Under the pieces are notes generated by a model. It saw only the letters and a list, made by a program, of their open reading frames with translations, was not told where the DNA came from and made no database searches. A program made the position numbers and the translations under genes. From the IMG/VR virus record IMGVR_UViG_3300027976_000023: DNA of 64,000 nt. One strand, 5' to 3'. This document shows, piece after piece, positions 9,337 to 18,534 of the stretch; the stretch's first letter is position 1, and the number at the start of each line of letters is the position of its first letter. Origin of the DNA: an uncultured virus (IMG/VR IMGVR_UViG_3300027976_000023) (taxonomy: Duplodnaviria > Heunggongvirae > Uroviricota > Caudoviricetes).

Positions 9337-10962
9337 TTAATTTTCGTTTTTTAATGTTTCTTTTTCATATTCGGGTAAACCATTATAAGCGTAATTATCA
9401 AATAGTGCATTGGTATCTTTCCAAGTTTTACTAATGTAATCATTAGTTGATTCATCAAACTTATTGATTCTAAGTTTTTTCTCCTCTAATGCTTTTAATT
9501 GTATGTGTAATTTCTCTCTCATTTCTTTATGTTGAGGACTATAAGCTAAATTTATTAATTCATCTTCATCATTTAATAAATCATACATCTCATGTTGTGT
9601 TTGGTAACTCCCTAACGCATCAAAATAATATGTATATTTCCACTCTTTAGTTCTAATAGTACGTAACCTATTAGTTGTCTTTACTGATGATGGTAAATTA
9701 TTGGAGCCTGATTTTGTATCGTCAAAGGTAAATAAGATAGCGTCTTGTACAGACTTACCTTCATCAATAATAGGAACTAAACTAACTCCCCTAGCATTTA
9801 ATGGTGTTTCGATATTTAAAAGTTCTGATAGTGTTGGTACGATATCAACCAGAGATGCCAATTCACTAGATTTTTTAGGTTCGGGGAACATTATGGGGTT
9901 TGATATTACCATAGGGATTCTTAACGCTTCCTCATAAGCAACAAACGCCTTTTGTCTTGAACCACCATGAGACATACCCATCTCACCATGATCAGCTAAC
10001 CTAAACACTAAAGCATCATCCGCCATTCTCTTACCTCTACTTTCATCGTAAAGTACATCAATAAACTTACCAATCTGACCATCAATCTTAGTTAATAAGT
10101 AAGCATAAAAGTTAATATAATTTAATTTCATGTCATCATTCTTCAAAACACCTAATAGACCGTCAGCAGCTATATTAGTTTGGAGTTGAGCCATAGGTTT
10201 TAAATTTCTTAATAGTTGCTCGTCATAACTTTTAGGTAATGAAATATCTCTACCATTATACTCATCTTCACTATAACCATATTGGACAAGTTTCGGGTAA
10301 CCTAACACATCGTGAGGGTTCACTAAACTTAATACTAAACAATATGGTGTCATATCCCCCTTTTCTCTTCTAAGTCTAACCTCTTCTAAATAATTAATTG
10401 CTTCTTCAACATATTTCTCATCATGATTAGGATAACCACCACCGAAGTTTTCAGGTTTTGCATCTTCACCAGCATCAGGACCAATCCAACCTTTAAAACC
10501 ATAAAGTGAAATGTCTTTAGCTAATGGGTCACCACCATCAACACCTTTACTCATGTGCCACTTACCCCTATATTGGACATCATAACCAATACCATCTAAC
10601 ATCCTTCCGATATTATTAGTTTTATTATTTAACTGAATCTCACCTGGTGAGTAAATACCATCCGTTGTTAATGTTTCACTACAACAGTGTTGTGCAGGAT
10701 ATGTTCCTGTAAATAATGTTGCTCTACTTGGTGTACACATACAACTATTACAAAAGGCTCTTTCGAAACTGAACCCATTGTCCTTTAACTTAGTTAATGT
10801 TGGTAGATTGTCTCTTTCCCAATTATCAGGGAAATGTTGTGTTGCTCTTTCTTGATCTGTGATTATAAAAATATAATCAGGGGTATCCGTAGGGAGGGCG
10901 TTTAAAATAACGTGTTTTTTCATTTGTTTTATTTTTTTTTCGTAACCATTGTTTGTAAACAT
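9337..10962 (-). CDS. formylglycine-dependent (S1) sulfatase
   Basis: IITDQ, CTPSRATLFTG (CxPxR), GKWH, DHG motifs; start may be ATG 10923. Confidence 0.9.
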   Translation of the reverse strand: MFTNNGYEKKIKQMKKHVILNALPTDTPDYIFIITDQERATQHFPDNWERDNLPTLTKLKDNGFSFERAFCNSCMCTPSRATLFTGTYPAQHCCSETLTTDGIYSPGEIQLNNKTNNIGRMLDGIGYDVQYRGKWHMSKGVDGGDPLAKDISLYGFKGWIGPDAGEDAKPENFGGGYPNHDEKYVEEAINYLEEVRLRREKGDMTPYCLVLSLVNPHDVLGYPKLVQYGYSEDEYNGRDISLPKSYDEQLLRNLKPMAQLQTNIAADGLLGVLKNDDMKLNYINFYAYLLTKIDGQIGKFIDVLYDESRGKRMADDALVFRLADHGEMGMSHGGSRQKAFVAYEEALRIPMVISNPIMFPEPKKSSELASLVDIVPTLSELLNIETPLNARGVSLVPIIDEGKSVQDAILFTFDDTKSGSNNLPSSVKTTNRLRTIRTKEWKYTYYFDALGSYQTQHEMYDLLNDEDELINLAYSPQHKEMREKLHIQLKALEEKKLRINKFDESTNDYISKTWKDTNALFDNYAYNGLPEYEKETLKNEN

Positions 10963-11053
10963 ACTTATAAATTACGGTATTGTATATATCAAAGATAAAT
11001 TTAATTTAATATTGTTTGTAAACATAATTGAAGTGGGTGTTATTATACAACCA

Positions 11054-11332
11054 TTAAGTAACGGTATTCATTTTACACCCCTCCAAAAACTGATCTATGT
11101 CAAACCCACATTGACAAGTTTCTGTTGTAGCATCGAATTTACACCCCCTAACCATAGCTAATTTATTTTGTATAAATACATTTCTAGCTGCTTTAAGTGG
11201 GGTGGTACCCCCTTCAGGTATTATTGTGTGCGATATCTTAAGTACATATTTATGTGGCCTAGGTTTACGACACAACCAACCCATTCTCCTCAACATCATT
11301 AATAACTTTGTTTTTTTACACCGTTTTTCCAT
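11054..11332 (-). CDS. Cys-rich hypothetical protein
   Basis: ORF track. Confidence 0.5.
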   Translation of the reverse strand: MEKRCKKTKLLMMLRRMGWLCRKPRPHKYVLKISHTIIPEGGTTPLKAARNVFIQNKLAMVRGCKFDATTETCQCGFDIDQFLEGCKMNTVT

Positions 11333-11366
11333 ACTACTTTATTTTTAACACACAAAGTGTGTTGTG

Positions 11367-11440
11367 TGGTCCCTGAAGGGCTCGAACCTTCGACCCTCTG
11401 ATTATGAGTCAGATGCTCTAACCAACTGAGCTAAGGGACC
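11367..11440 (-). tRNA. tRNA with CAT anticodon (probably Ile2, otherwise Met); no encoded CCA
   Basis: GGTCCCTTAGCTCAGTTGGTTAGAGCATCTGACTCATAATCAGAGGGTCGAAGGTTCGAGCCCTTCAGGGACCA forms a cloverleaf. Confidence 0.95.
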
Positions 11441-11465
11441 TATTTGTCTTTATATAGTGAATTTA

Positions 11466-11699
11466 CTATGATTGTTGAGCTTCTATAATTGTCTCCCCCA
11501 TAAATTCTACACTACTAATTGCAATATCCATTATTGCACCATTATCGAATTGTACCGCTACAAAGTGATCAAATCCACCCCACATCGATAGTTTCACGTT
11601 AGGTAATGTTATACCCTCTTGACCTTTAACACAACGTGTATCGTACTTAGTTAAGTCTACATTCAATTTAACCCTTACGGATCTTCCTCCTAATTGCAT
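11466..11699 (-). CDS. hypothetical protein
   Basis: ORF track; promoter at 11734-11765. Confidence 0.65.
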   Translation of the reverse strand: MQLGGRSVRVKLNVDLTKYDTRCVKGQEGITLPNVKLSMWGGFDHFVAVQFDNGAIMDIAISSVEFMGETIIEAQQS

Positions 11700-11733
11700 A
11701 ATTTATATTTTAAGTTATTATTGTTTAATAATA

Positions 11734-11765
11734 CAAATATATATAATTTATTTCAATAAAACAAA
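11734..11765 (-). promoter_or_regulatory. Bacteroidota-type promoter
   Basis: TTTG-N20-TATATTTG. Confidence 0.75.
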
Positions 11766-11814
11766 TTTATATCACATCTTTTTATCAACCTTTATATTGT
11801 CACTATAATAATAT

Positions 11815-11842
11815 AAAAACCCCACCACTGATGGTGAGGTTT
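11815..11842 (-). terminator. intrinsic terminator
   Basis: ACCTCACCA-TCAG-TGGTGGGGT plus TTTT. Confidence 0.7.
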
Positions 11843-11951
11843 AATGGTTTATCTTTAATAAACATTATAATGTTTATTTACTAATAACTATGTGTTATAT
11901 CACACTTATTATCACATAACAAACATTATAATGTCTGTTTATGATAAAATA

Positions 11952-12164
11952 TACCCACCCAGTTCCACCTGGGGTGTTCGTAGATTGGTGTGTCTATAGT
12001 ATAATATAATTCACACCTCACCCCTTAACACCTTCTAATAAACAACACCACTTGGATGTGATTACCTTTTTGTAATGGAGCGTGTGTCTCCCATAACCTT
12101 ATGCACACTTTGGCTTTGTTCTGGTTATCACTTATTACAATGGGGTGTTTATCTTCAGTAGGTA
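11952..12164 (-). ncRNA. putative structured non-coding RNA, family unknown
   Basis: no long ORF; GC richer than flanks; ends pair (TACCTAC/GTGGGTA) with several internal helices. Confidence 0.5.
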
Positions 12165-12170
12165 ATTCTT

Positions 12171-12344
12171 TTAATCTCTATTCTTCTTATCAATAGTTAA
12201 AACCAACTCTCCCCCATATTTCAAAGGTATAATATCTTTTTTAGGTTTAGATATTCCTCTTATGTATGTTATCTTTTCATAGTAGTCAATTTTCATACTA
12301 CCGTCTAACACGTAATCTTCATATAACTGTTTTGTCAAACCCAT
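12171..12344 (-). CDS. small hypothetical protein (MGLTKQLYEDYVLDG...)
   Basis: manual translation; TTGACA-N17-TATACT immediately upstream. Confidence 0.55.
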   Translation of the reverse strand: MGLTKQLYEDYVLDGSMKIDYYEKITYIRGISKPKKDIIPLKYGGELVLTIDKKNRD

Positions 12345-12506
12345 ATTATAAGTATAGTTATTTTTTCTTTAAATGTCAACATCCTTACCATACTTTTCTT
12401 TTAAATATTTCTCATATTTAGAAGTTTTATTCCCATTTATAAATATCCACCCACAATTTAACTCAAACCACTTATTAATTTTATATAACATATTTTTCAT
12501 AATTTT

Positions 12507-12825
12507 TTATTTCCAAAATACCTGTATAGTTACTATAATTAACGACAATATTAAAGTTATCATAGTTTTTAAGGTAAAGTCTTCGTTAAAATAATAACTC
12601 ACCATTAACCAGTATATTATAATACCCACACTAAACCCTATAAATCTGGGTGGCCAAAATAACCCACCAAACGCACTCACACCCCACTTAGTCGCCAATA
12701 AAAAAAATATTGACACTGGAATCCCTAATAGAGAAACTATTATCATATTGTCTCTCCAACTGGAACCATACTAATACATGACCAATAAAAAAAAATAAAC
12801 AAGATAACAAAATGTTTTTAACCAT
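12507..12825 (-). pseudogene. multi-TM membrane protein gene split by a frameshift near 12759
   Basis: MVKNILLSCLFFFIGHVLVWFQ in one frame continues as WRDNMIIVSLLGIP..QVFWK in another. Confidence 0.55.
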
Positions 12826-12844
12826 CACAATCTTTATAATAAGT

Positions 12845-13033
12845 TTAAACCCATTTAATAAAATTAGTGTTAATTTCAATCTCACTAATTTCTTTTTTTG
12901 TGGGGTTAACTGTAAAATCTAACTCTTGAACCCTTTTCCCCTTTTTAAAAACTTTCATTAGTTTCTGTGGGCGTTTCGATTCACCATATGACCATTTAAG
13001 GTAACATTTAAAAGGATTATTCTTTTTTACCAT
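12845..13033 (-). CDS. hypothetical basic protein
   Basis: ORF track. Confidence 0.55.
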   Translation of the reverse strand: MVKKNNPFKCYLKWSYGESKRPQKLMKVFKKGKRVQELDFTVNPTKKEISEIEINTNFIKWV

Positions 13034-13050
13034 CTTCTATATAATTAATT

Positions 13051-13737
13051 TTAAAAGTTTGTAGATGTATTTTTTTCATGTGTATTTCTATATTCCATGA
13101 TTTTATCTCTAGCTTCTTCTGCCGTATCTACTATTCTAAATAAATCAAAATCAGAAGATCTCATTTTATTACTTTCAAGCACTACATCGCGTAACCATTC
13201 TACTAATCCTGACCAATAATCTTTACCAACTAGTACTATTGGATACTTTATGTTATGCCCACATTGTGCTAATGTGATAGCCTCAAATAACTCATCTAAG
13301 GTACCAAGCCCTCCTGGAAACACAGCAAACGCTTGTGAATACTTAAGGAACATTACCTTTCTAGTGAAAAAGTATCTATTCTCCACCCCCATATCAACGT
13401 ACTTATTCATACCCGATTCAAAGGGGAGTTCTATCCCAATCCCAATAGATTTACCTGACACCTCTTGTGCTCCTTTATTTGCACCTGCCATTATTCCGGG
13501 ACCACCTCCAGTTATCACACCGAATCCGTTACCCACCATTAATTTTGCGAATTCTCTAGCTTCTTCATACCATTTACTTCCTTCTTCAGTTCTTGCACTA
13601 CCAAATACTGAAACGCAGGGTACTGATATCTCGTTAAAGGTGTCGAAACCTTTTGTAAATTCAGCTTGTATCCTGAGGATCTGCCATGTGTCTTCTATTT
13701 TACTCATCTTATCCATTTTCTTAGTTATTATTTTCAT
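13051..13737 (-). CDS. LOG family nucleotide phosphoribohydrolase (Rossmann fold)
   Basis: VSVFGSAR, TGGGPGIM, FFTRK, PGGLGTLDELFE. Confidence 0.92.
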   Translation of the reverse strand: MKIITKKMDKMSKIEDTWQILRIQAEFTKGFDTFNEISVPCVSVFGSARTEEGSKWYEEAREFAKLMVGNGFGVITGGGPGIMAGANKGAQEVSGKSIGIGIELPFESGMNKYVDMGVENRYFFTRKVMFLKYSQAFAVFPGGLGTLDELFEAITLAQCGHNIKYPIVLVGKDYWSGLVEWLRDVVLESNKMRSSDFDLFRIVDTAEEARDKIMEYRNTHEKNTSTNF

Positions 13738-14008
13738 TTATAATACTATCATATGTAACTACCATAGGATCTGTACCGTCACAAGACATTTCTAATTTTT
13801 CAACCACATCTTTTAGAAATACACATTGTCCCTCTTTATCCATCTTTCTCATTACAGATTGTATCGGCAATTCTAAAGTAGTAAATATTAATCCAACCAT
13901 TTCTAAATTATGTAATGGTTCATCTTCAGCAAAAGTTTTAACATTGTCATAAAATCTTTTATCTTCTTTAACTATACCTTCTAAAATAATTATTCTTAAA
14001 ACTTCCAT
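13721..14008 (-). CDS. hypothetical protein
   Basis: ORF track. Confidence 0.55.
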   Translation of the reverse strand: MEVLRIIILEGIVKEDKRFYDNVKTFAEDEPLHNLEMVGLIFTTLELPIQSVMRKMDKEGQCVFLKDVVEKLEMSCDGTDPMVVTYDSIINENNN

Positions 14009-14013
14009 TACAT

Positions 14014-14220
14014 TTATTTTAATCTATTTAATTCAATCACATACCAGACTAATACTATAGTTACTATGGTTGTTGGGATTGAAAGACATACAATCAATAA
14101 AGCCGTAGATAATGTGTCTAAATCAAACATAATTACCCCTAATATCATTATCATGAATGGAGTTATTAATGACAATAATATTGCTATTGCAGATATTATA
14201 AAGTTTATTATATCTTTCAT
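14014..14220 (-). CDS. small membrane protein
   Basis: two hydrophobic helices. Confidence 0.5.
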   Translation of the reverse strand: MKDIINFIISAIAILLSLITPFMIMILGVIMFDLDTLSTALLIVCLSIPTTIVTIVLVWYVIELNRLK

Positions 14221-14258
14221 ATTTTTAATTTTTCTGTTAGTTTATTATTTTTATATCA

Positions 14259-14804
14259 TTATACAGCTGCAAATCTTACGATACATCCTGAGTGCGTATG
14301 AGGTCTATACTCTTCAGGATTATCCAATACTTTTTCTAACATATCACGAATCATTTGTTTATCATCTTCATATGTTCTTTGTGGAGCATCAATATCTTGA
14401 GGAAAATCAGGTGACCAAGTTAGAGTAATACTTTGTTTAGGTTCAAATGTTTCTGGGTTGTAAGTGGTGGGGGCAAATACACATCCATCGTTTACTGGAG
14501 TATGCATTGTACCTGGCTCATACATTTTTGGAGTAAACATTATACTATGAATGTATCCTACTTTGTGTTTATAAGTTGGGTTATCGGCATCTGATATTTT
14601 TATTGATTTTACAACAATTGGGGTTGTGTTATCTTCTGCTAATTCACCCGGATGTTTCATCCAAATAATTTTATCGAACTCAAAGTGTTTAATAAGTTCT
14701 GCTTCTACTTGTATGAGTTGTTCTTCGGTTAAATTGTTAATACCCAATGCTTCCATAGAGTGACCGCAAATATCTACTAGTTTTTCTGTTAAATTTGATT
14801 TCAT
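14259..14804 (-). CDS. hypothetical protein
   Basis: ORF track, 181 aa. Confidence 0.7.
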   Translation of the reverse strand: MKSNLTEKLVDICGHSMEALGINNLTEEQLIQVEAELIKHFEFDKIIWMKHPGELAEDNTTPIVVKSIKISDADNPTYKHKVGYIHSIMFTPKMYEPGTMHTPVNDGCVFAPTTYNPETFEPKQSITLTWSPDFPQDIDAPQRTYEDDKQMIRDMLEKVLDNPEEYRPHTHSGCIVRFAAV

Positions 14805-14807
14805 AAT

Positions 14808-15509
14808 TTATTTATTTTGGTGTGGGGTGTATTTAAAGTAGTTTATTGTGAATTCAGAGGGTTTATCAGGAACATGCTTGTCTGTAACACTATTGTTGAT
14901 TACCACGTTCATTGTTGTTTGTGATAATTGTTTTAGTATATCCTGATCTTTTACAGTTCTCACCAACACATCGTTATAGTATATCTTTAGGTATTCAGGC
15001 GTCCAATCTAATTTATATTTGAGGAAGTTCTTAGTTGGGTCCTTGAATCCGAAGAATTTAGTTCTACCTCCTAACATCTTCTTACCATCCTTTATATAAT
15101 GTACATTTGATTGTAAATTATATATCCCTAAGAAACTTTGTGATTTAAGATTTAGGTAGTTGAAGTTTTTAGAGTAACCTTCGAATACATCTATCTCAGG
15201 GGGCCATGAATCCCAACTCCACATCCAAAATGCAGGCCATAAATGTTTACCACGTGGTAGCTTTGCTTCTATTTCAAATACCCCATGCCCAAATTTCTCG
15301 GTACATGATACTAACCCAATCCCCACTATTGAAGTTAAATCAAATTCACGGAAGTAGTGTGGGTTGTGGTGTGTTTTTAGTATTAATTGATCATCATCGT
15401 TGATGATTACTGCTGAAGGGTCATACCATGCTGTTGGTTTGTTTGTATGCACTTGACCCCATCTTTCTTGAGGAATCCAATTATAACCTGACCATTTAAT
15501 TTCGCTCAT
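14808..15509 (-). CDS. glycoside hydrolase family 16
   Basis: WPAFWM..WPPEIDVFE (ExDxxE catalytic motif), FEIEAKLP. Confidence 0.88.
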   Translation of the reverse strand: MSEIKWSGYNWIPQERWGQVHTNKPTAWYDPSAVIINDDDQLILKTHHNPHYFREFDLTSIVGIGLVSCTEKFGHGVFEIEAKLPRGKHLWPAFWMWSWDSWPPEIDVFEGYSKNFNYLNLKSQSFLGIYNLQSNVHYIKDGKKMLGGRTKFFGFKDPTKNFLKYKLDWTPEYLKIYYNDVLVRTVKDQDILKQLSQTTMNVVINNSVTDKHVPDKPSEFTINYFKYTPHQNK

Positions 15510-15518
15510 GTTCTTATG

Positions 15519-15945
15519 ATATTACAAATTTAAGTTTGATTTAATGACATATTAATTTATTTCGTAATTTGTTTCATTTTCATCATATATATTATCCCAT
15601 TCCAGATCTTGTGATTCTTTAAAATTCACCTCATCAAAGAATTGATTAGGATTACTTTTAAATAATTCAGCTTGCTCATCTGTTATTTCGGCTGAATATC
15701 CAGTTGATTGGGAGAATGATTCTGTCCAAGTTATTTTTTTCATAATATTGGTTTTATATATTATTTTGTTAATTTAATTTTCATTTAAAATAAATCATCT
15801 AGGTGTGGTGGACATTTATCCAAGATATATGTCCTCCATATTTTCATTAAATATTTTTTTAATTTCTTCACTTTCAATATCTTATTACATTTAACTGTTA
15901 TGTTGTCGTTTATTTACAATATTACAAATTTAAGTTTGATTTAAT
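15519..15945. repeat. 27-bp perfect direct repeat (15519-15545 and 15919-15945)
   Basis: atattacaaatttaagtttgatttaat twice, 400 bp apart; contains TAAATTTG on the minus strand. Confidence 0.9.
15552..15743 (-). CDS. hypothetical acidic protein
   Basis: ORF track; lies between the direct repeats. Confidence 0.6.
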   Translation of the reverse strand: MKKITWTESFSQSTGYSAEITDEQAELFKSNPNQFFDEVNFKESQDLEWDNIYDENETNYEIN

Positions 15946-16110
15946 ATTGTCTAATAACAAAAATAACTCTCCACTTACTTCATTCCATTCCGGTTCCTGT
16001 ATTGCTATTCTACCCCATAAATCTAACAATTCTTCTTTACTTTCAATTGTCAATTTGATTGTGATTGGTTTGAAACCTTCATCTGTTTTGGTTAATCTTT
16101 CAACTTTCAT
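15922..16110 (-). CDS. hypothetical protein
   Basis: ORF track. Confidence 0.6.
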   Translation of the reverse strand: MKVERLTKTDEGFKPITIKLTIESKEELLDLWGRIAIQEPEWNEVSGELFLLLDNIKSNLNL

Positions 16111-16291
16111 ATCCTTCTATTTTTAACTGTTCTTTTAGTCTTTTTATTTCATCTATGACATCATCACCCAATTCAATCTTAGACATCAATATAAGATCCA
16201 CTATTTGACCTTCTAGTAATTGTATTATTTGTGATAATATTATTTCTCTACGTGACATATTTCTACTTTTTATTACTTGTTCAACTTTCAT
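16100..16291 (-). CDS. hypothetical protein
   Basis: ORF track; overlaps neighbours. Confidence 0.6.
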   Translation of the reverse strand: MKVEQVIKSRNMSRREIILSQIIQLLEGQIVDLILMSKIELGDDVIDEIKRLKEQLKIEGYES

Positions 16292-16623
16292 ACTATTTTA
16301 TTTAGAATATTATATAATACTTTTTTATATCCGGTGGGTTTGTTTCCCCACAAAATCGATTCATCATTATCACTAACCCAATTACTAATATAGGTACTTA
16401 GATATAAAAAATCCCAATTAGTAATACTAAATACCTTTCGTTCAGCACCATTTGGTAATCTAAACTCAAATGCTAATAGAGCGTATGGGGTGTAGTTTCT
16501 ATTGATTTGTAAGAATTCAAACCCCCAACAAGCATTCCCGTCATGGAGTGTAATTTCTAGAAATTTAATAGTTATATTCCATTTCCTAGTTTTCCAATCT
16601 ATTTTTTGTAGTAACTTTCTCAT
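16288..16623 (-). CDS. hypothetical protein
   Basis: ORF track. Confidence 0.6.
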   Translation of the reverse strand: MRKLLQKIDWKTRKWNITIKFLEITLHDGNACWGFEFLQINRNYTPYALLAFEFRLPNGAERKVFSITNWDFLYLSTYISNWVSDNDESILWGNKPTGYKKVLYNILNKIV

Positions 16624-16652
16624 CTATATTACAATATACGAAAAAAATTTAA

Positions 16653-17288
16653 CTAATCCCACCATCCTAATATATTTTGTTCCATTATTTTAAATAGTAG
16701 TTTTTGTGCTCTTGATTGGTTGATTAATCCAATATTCATTGCTATTATTTGTTTATCTTCTTCTCTACCTTCTCGTTTGAATATTCCTTCACCACTTAAA
16801 ACTCTTTTGTGAATTAATGGATATTTAGCGAAATAGTCATCGAAGTTTTCTTCTAACTGACGAGATTCCCATGTTGATGAACCATCGTTGACATCTGTCG
16901 GTTCAAACCAAGTCTTTGTTTTATGGTAATCTGAGTATTCGCTATCGTAAAAATCATCTTGGATTAATTGCATTAACTTAACACAAATTCTCATATTTCT
17001 AACATCATGCTGTGCTCTTGTATGTCGGTCTTTATCTGCGATATATTTAGCCTGAGATGTTAGCTTGTGTTTGAGTATTTCAAAGATATAATATGAATCC
17101 CAGTTACGATCTTTCCATATGATAGGAAACCAATATACAATATTAACTACTCCTATTTTAAAGTTACGATACATAAACTTACCATCACGATCCCACCATA
17201 ATGGAATGAATTCTAGTTTATTTCTAATCCATGATTTGGCTGCTCTCTCGTCTTCCCACTGTTCAAATATGTCCTTTTCTGGTTCCAT
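16653..17288 (-). CDS. hypothetical phage protein (ends WWD)
   Basis: ORF track; WFPIIWKDRNWD motif. Confidence 0.7.
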   Translation of the reverse strand: MEPEKDIFEQWEDERAAKSWIRNKLEFIPLWWDRDGKFMYRNFKIGVVNIVYWFPIIWKDRNWDSYYIFEILKHKLTSQAKYIADKDRHTRAQHDVRNMRICVKLMQLIQDDFYDSEYSDYHKTKTWFEPTDVNDGSSTWESRQLEENFDDYFAKYPLIHKRVLSGEGIFKREGREEDKQIIAMNIGLINQSRAQKLLFKIMEQNILGWWD

Positions 17289-17296
17289 GTTTGTGT

Positions 17297-17563
17297 TTAT
17301 TTTTTAATAGTTTTTAAAAAATCAGTTATATATTTGTTATTTTCATCTCTAATGTTTACCTTACCACTCGCATTAGTGTCTTCCCAATCTAAAAAACCAT
17401 TTAATAATTCTCTTTGTGTGTCAGCAGTAAGTAAAAGTAATTTTTTACTTCTATTTTTATATTCAGCAATTATTACATCGCATACTCTTTTAATGACAGG
17501 GTCATTGTCAAACTTGTTGACATAATCATTTCTTATTTCTTCTAATAGTTCAACTGTATTCAT
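17297..17563 (-). CDS. hypothetical protein
   Basis: ORF track; QRELL motif. Confidence 0.6.
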   Translation of the reverse strand: MNTVELLEEIRNDYVNKFDNDPVIKRVCDVIIAEYKNRSKKLLLLTADTQRELLNGFLDWEDTNASGKVNIRDENNKYITDFLKTIKK

Positions 17564-17660
17564 CTTTTTTCTGTTTTATTATAATTCATATCTTTTTATC
17601 TATATTCATAATAATATAATTTATTTATTTTTTGTCCTGTTTTTTAATCACTTTACTTTG

Positions 17661-17712
17661 TCATAACACCTTATAAACAGCCATTGAAACGGCTTTTATT
17701 TGGGCGTTAACT
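17661..17712 (-). repeat. attC-like imperfect palindrome
   Basis: AGTTAAC..ATAAAAGCCGTT-TC-AATGGCTGTTTAT..GTTATGA. Confidence 0.55.
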
Positions 17713-17722
17713 ACAATAAAAA

Positions 17723-17920
17723 TTATTCGCTTTCTACTTCACATTTAGCATCAGGCATTATTCCAAATACCTCTTTTATTGTTTCTTTAGAGTGCCCGTC
17801 TATTTCCAAAGCCAACTCTATCGCTCCTCTAATATCATAAGGGTAGTGGCACGTTGTAGTATCTATTGTTACTATTGGTGATTGGCTTTCGTTTTGGTTT
17901 CTTTCAATAATTATTTTCAT
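17723..17920 (-). CDS. hypothetical protein, cassette-like
   Basis: ORF track; bracketed by GTTAGCA upstream and AGTTAAC downstream. Confidence 0.65.
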   Translation of the reverse strand: MKIIIERNQNESQSPIVTIDTTTCHYPYDIRGAIELALEIDGHSKETIKEVFGIMPDAKCEVESE

Positions 17921-17924
17921 TTTA

Positions 17925-18095
17925 TTATCCTTTTAAGTTGCGTTGGTTGCTAACATTATCTATGTTCAATTTTTCAACTTGCTCCCGGTGGTATCTATCC
18001 ATTATGGATATTATATCTTCATACATTTTTGGGTACTCAATTTTGAATCTCGGCACATCTAATAATTCATTATCTAAAAATTCTCTACTATCCAT
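17925..18095 (-). CDS. 56-aa hypothetical protein within an attC-like element
   Basis: manual translation MDSREFLDNELLDVP..EQVEKLNIDNVSNQRNLKG. Confidence 0.6.
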   Translation of the reverse strand: MDSREFLDNELLDVPRFKIEYPKMYEDIISIMDRYHREQVEKLNIDNVSNQRNLKG

Positions 18096-18154
18096 AATAT
18101 TCTATTTATTTGTCCGTTAAAAATCTAAACATAGCTTAACCGTTGGCAGCAATA

Positions 18155-18421
18155 CTACATCTGTGCTTCCTGTTGTTCTTTTACCCATTGAGTAAAGTGT
18201 AGTACATAAGCAGGTTCAAATCCATTTGTTTTAAATGGATGATTGCTATTCATTACTATATCCATTACACTTTTAGGTAGTATCTTGATCTTTTGTTCAT
18301 CATTTAATTTACTATCCAAGTGTTTATGAAATTCAATTCCTATTTCGTCTATATCTTCATTACTTATTTTTCCAATTCCAGGGAAGTTTTTTCTAATGAA
18401 GTATCTAAATGTATCTGTCAT
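18155..18421 (-). CDS. hypothetical protein, cassette-like
   Basis: ORF track; bracketed by GTTAGCC upstream and TGCCAAC downstream. Confidence 0.65.
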   Translation of the reverse strand: MTDTFRYFIRKNFPGIGKISNEDIDEIGIEFHKHLDSKLNDEQKIKILPKSVMDIVMNSNHPFKTNGFEPAYVLHFTQWVKEQQEAQM

Positions 18422-18436
18422 AATTTACCGTAAAGT

Positions 18437-18528
18437 GGCTAACACAAAATATAGTGAATAGCCGATTAAACATTTGTTCTTCGTAGCAAACTTATTGGCG
18501 GCTACTCACCATATTTAACACGTTATAG
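18437..18528 (-). repeat. attC-like imperfect palindrome (92 bp)
   Basis: CTATAAC..AATATGGTGAGTAGCCG..CGGCTATTCACTATATT..GTTAGCC. Confidence 0.6.
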
Positions 18529-18534
18529 GTGCAT

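Noticed and set aside
11766..11916. DnaA-box cluster
   Set aside because: Repeats are TATCACA, not TTATNCACA; kept only as an unexplained repeat finding.
12140..12164. Hammerhead ribozyme suggested by CTGAAGA
   Set aside because: No correctly placed GAAA, stem III and NUH site found.
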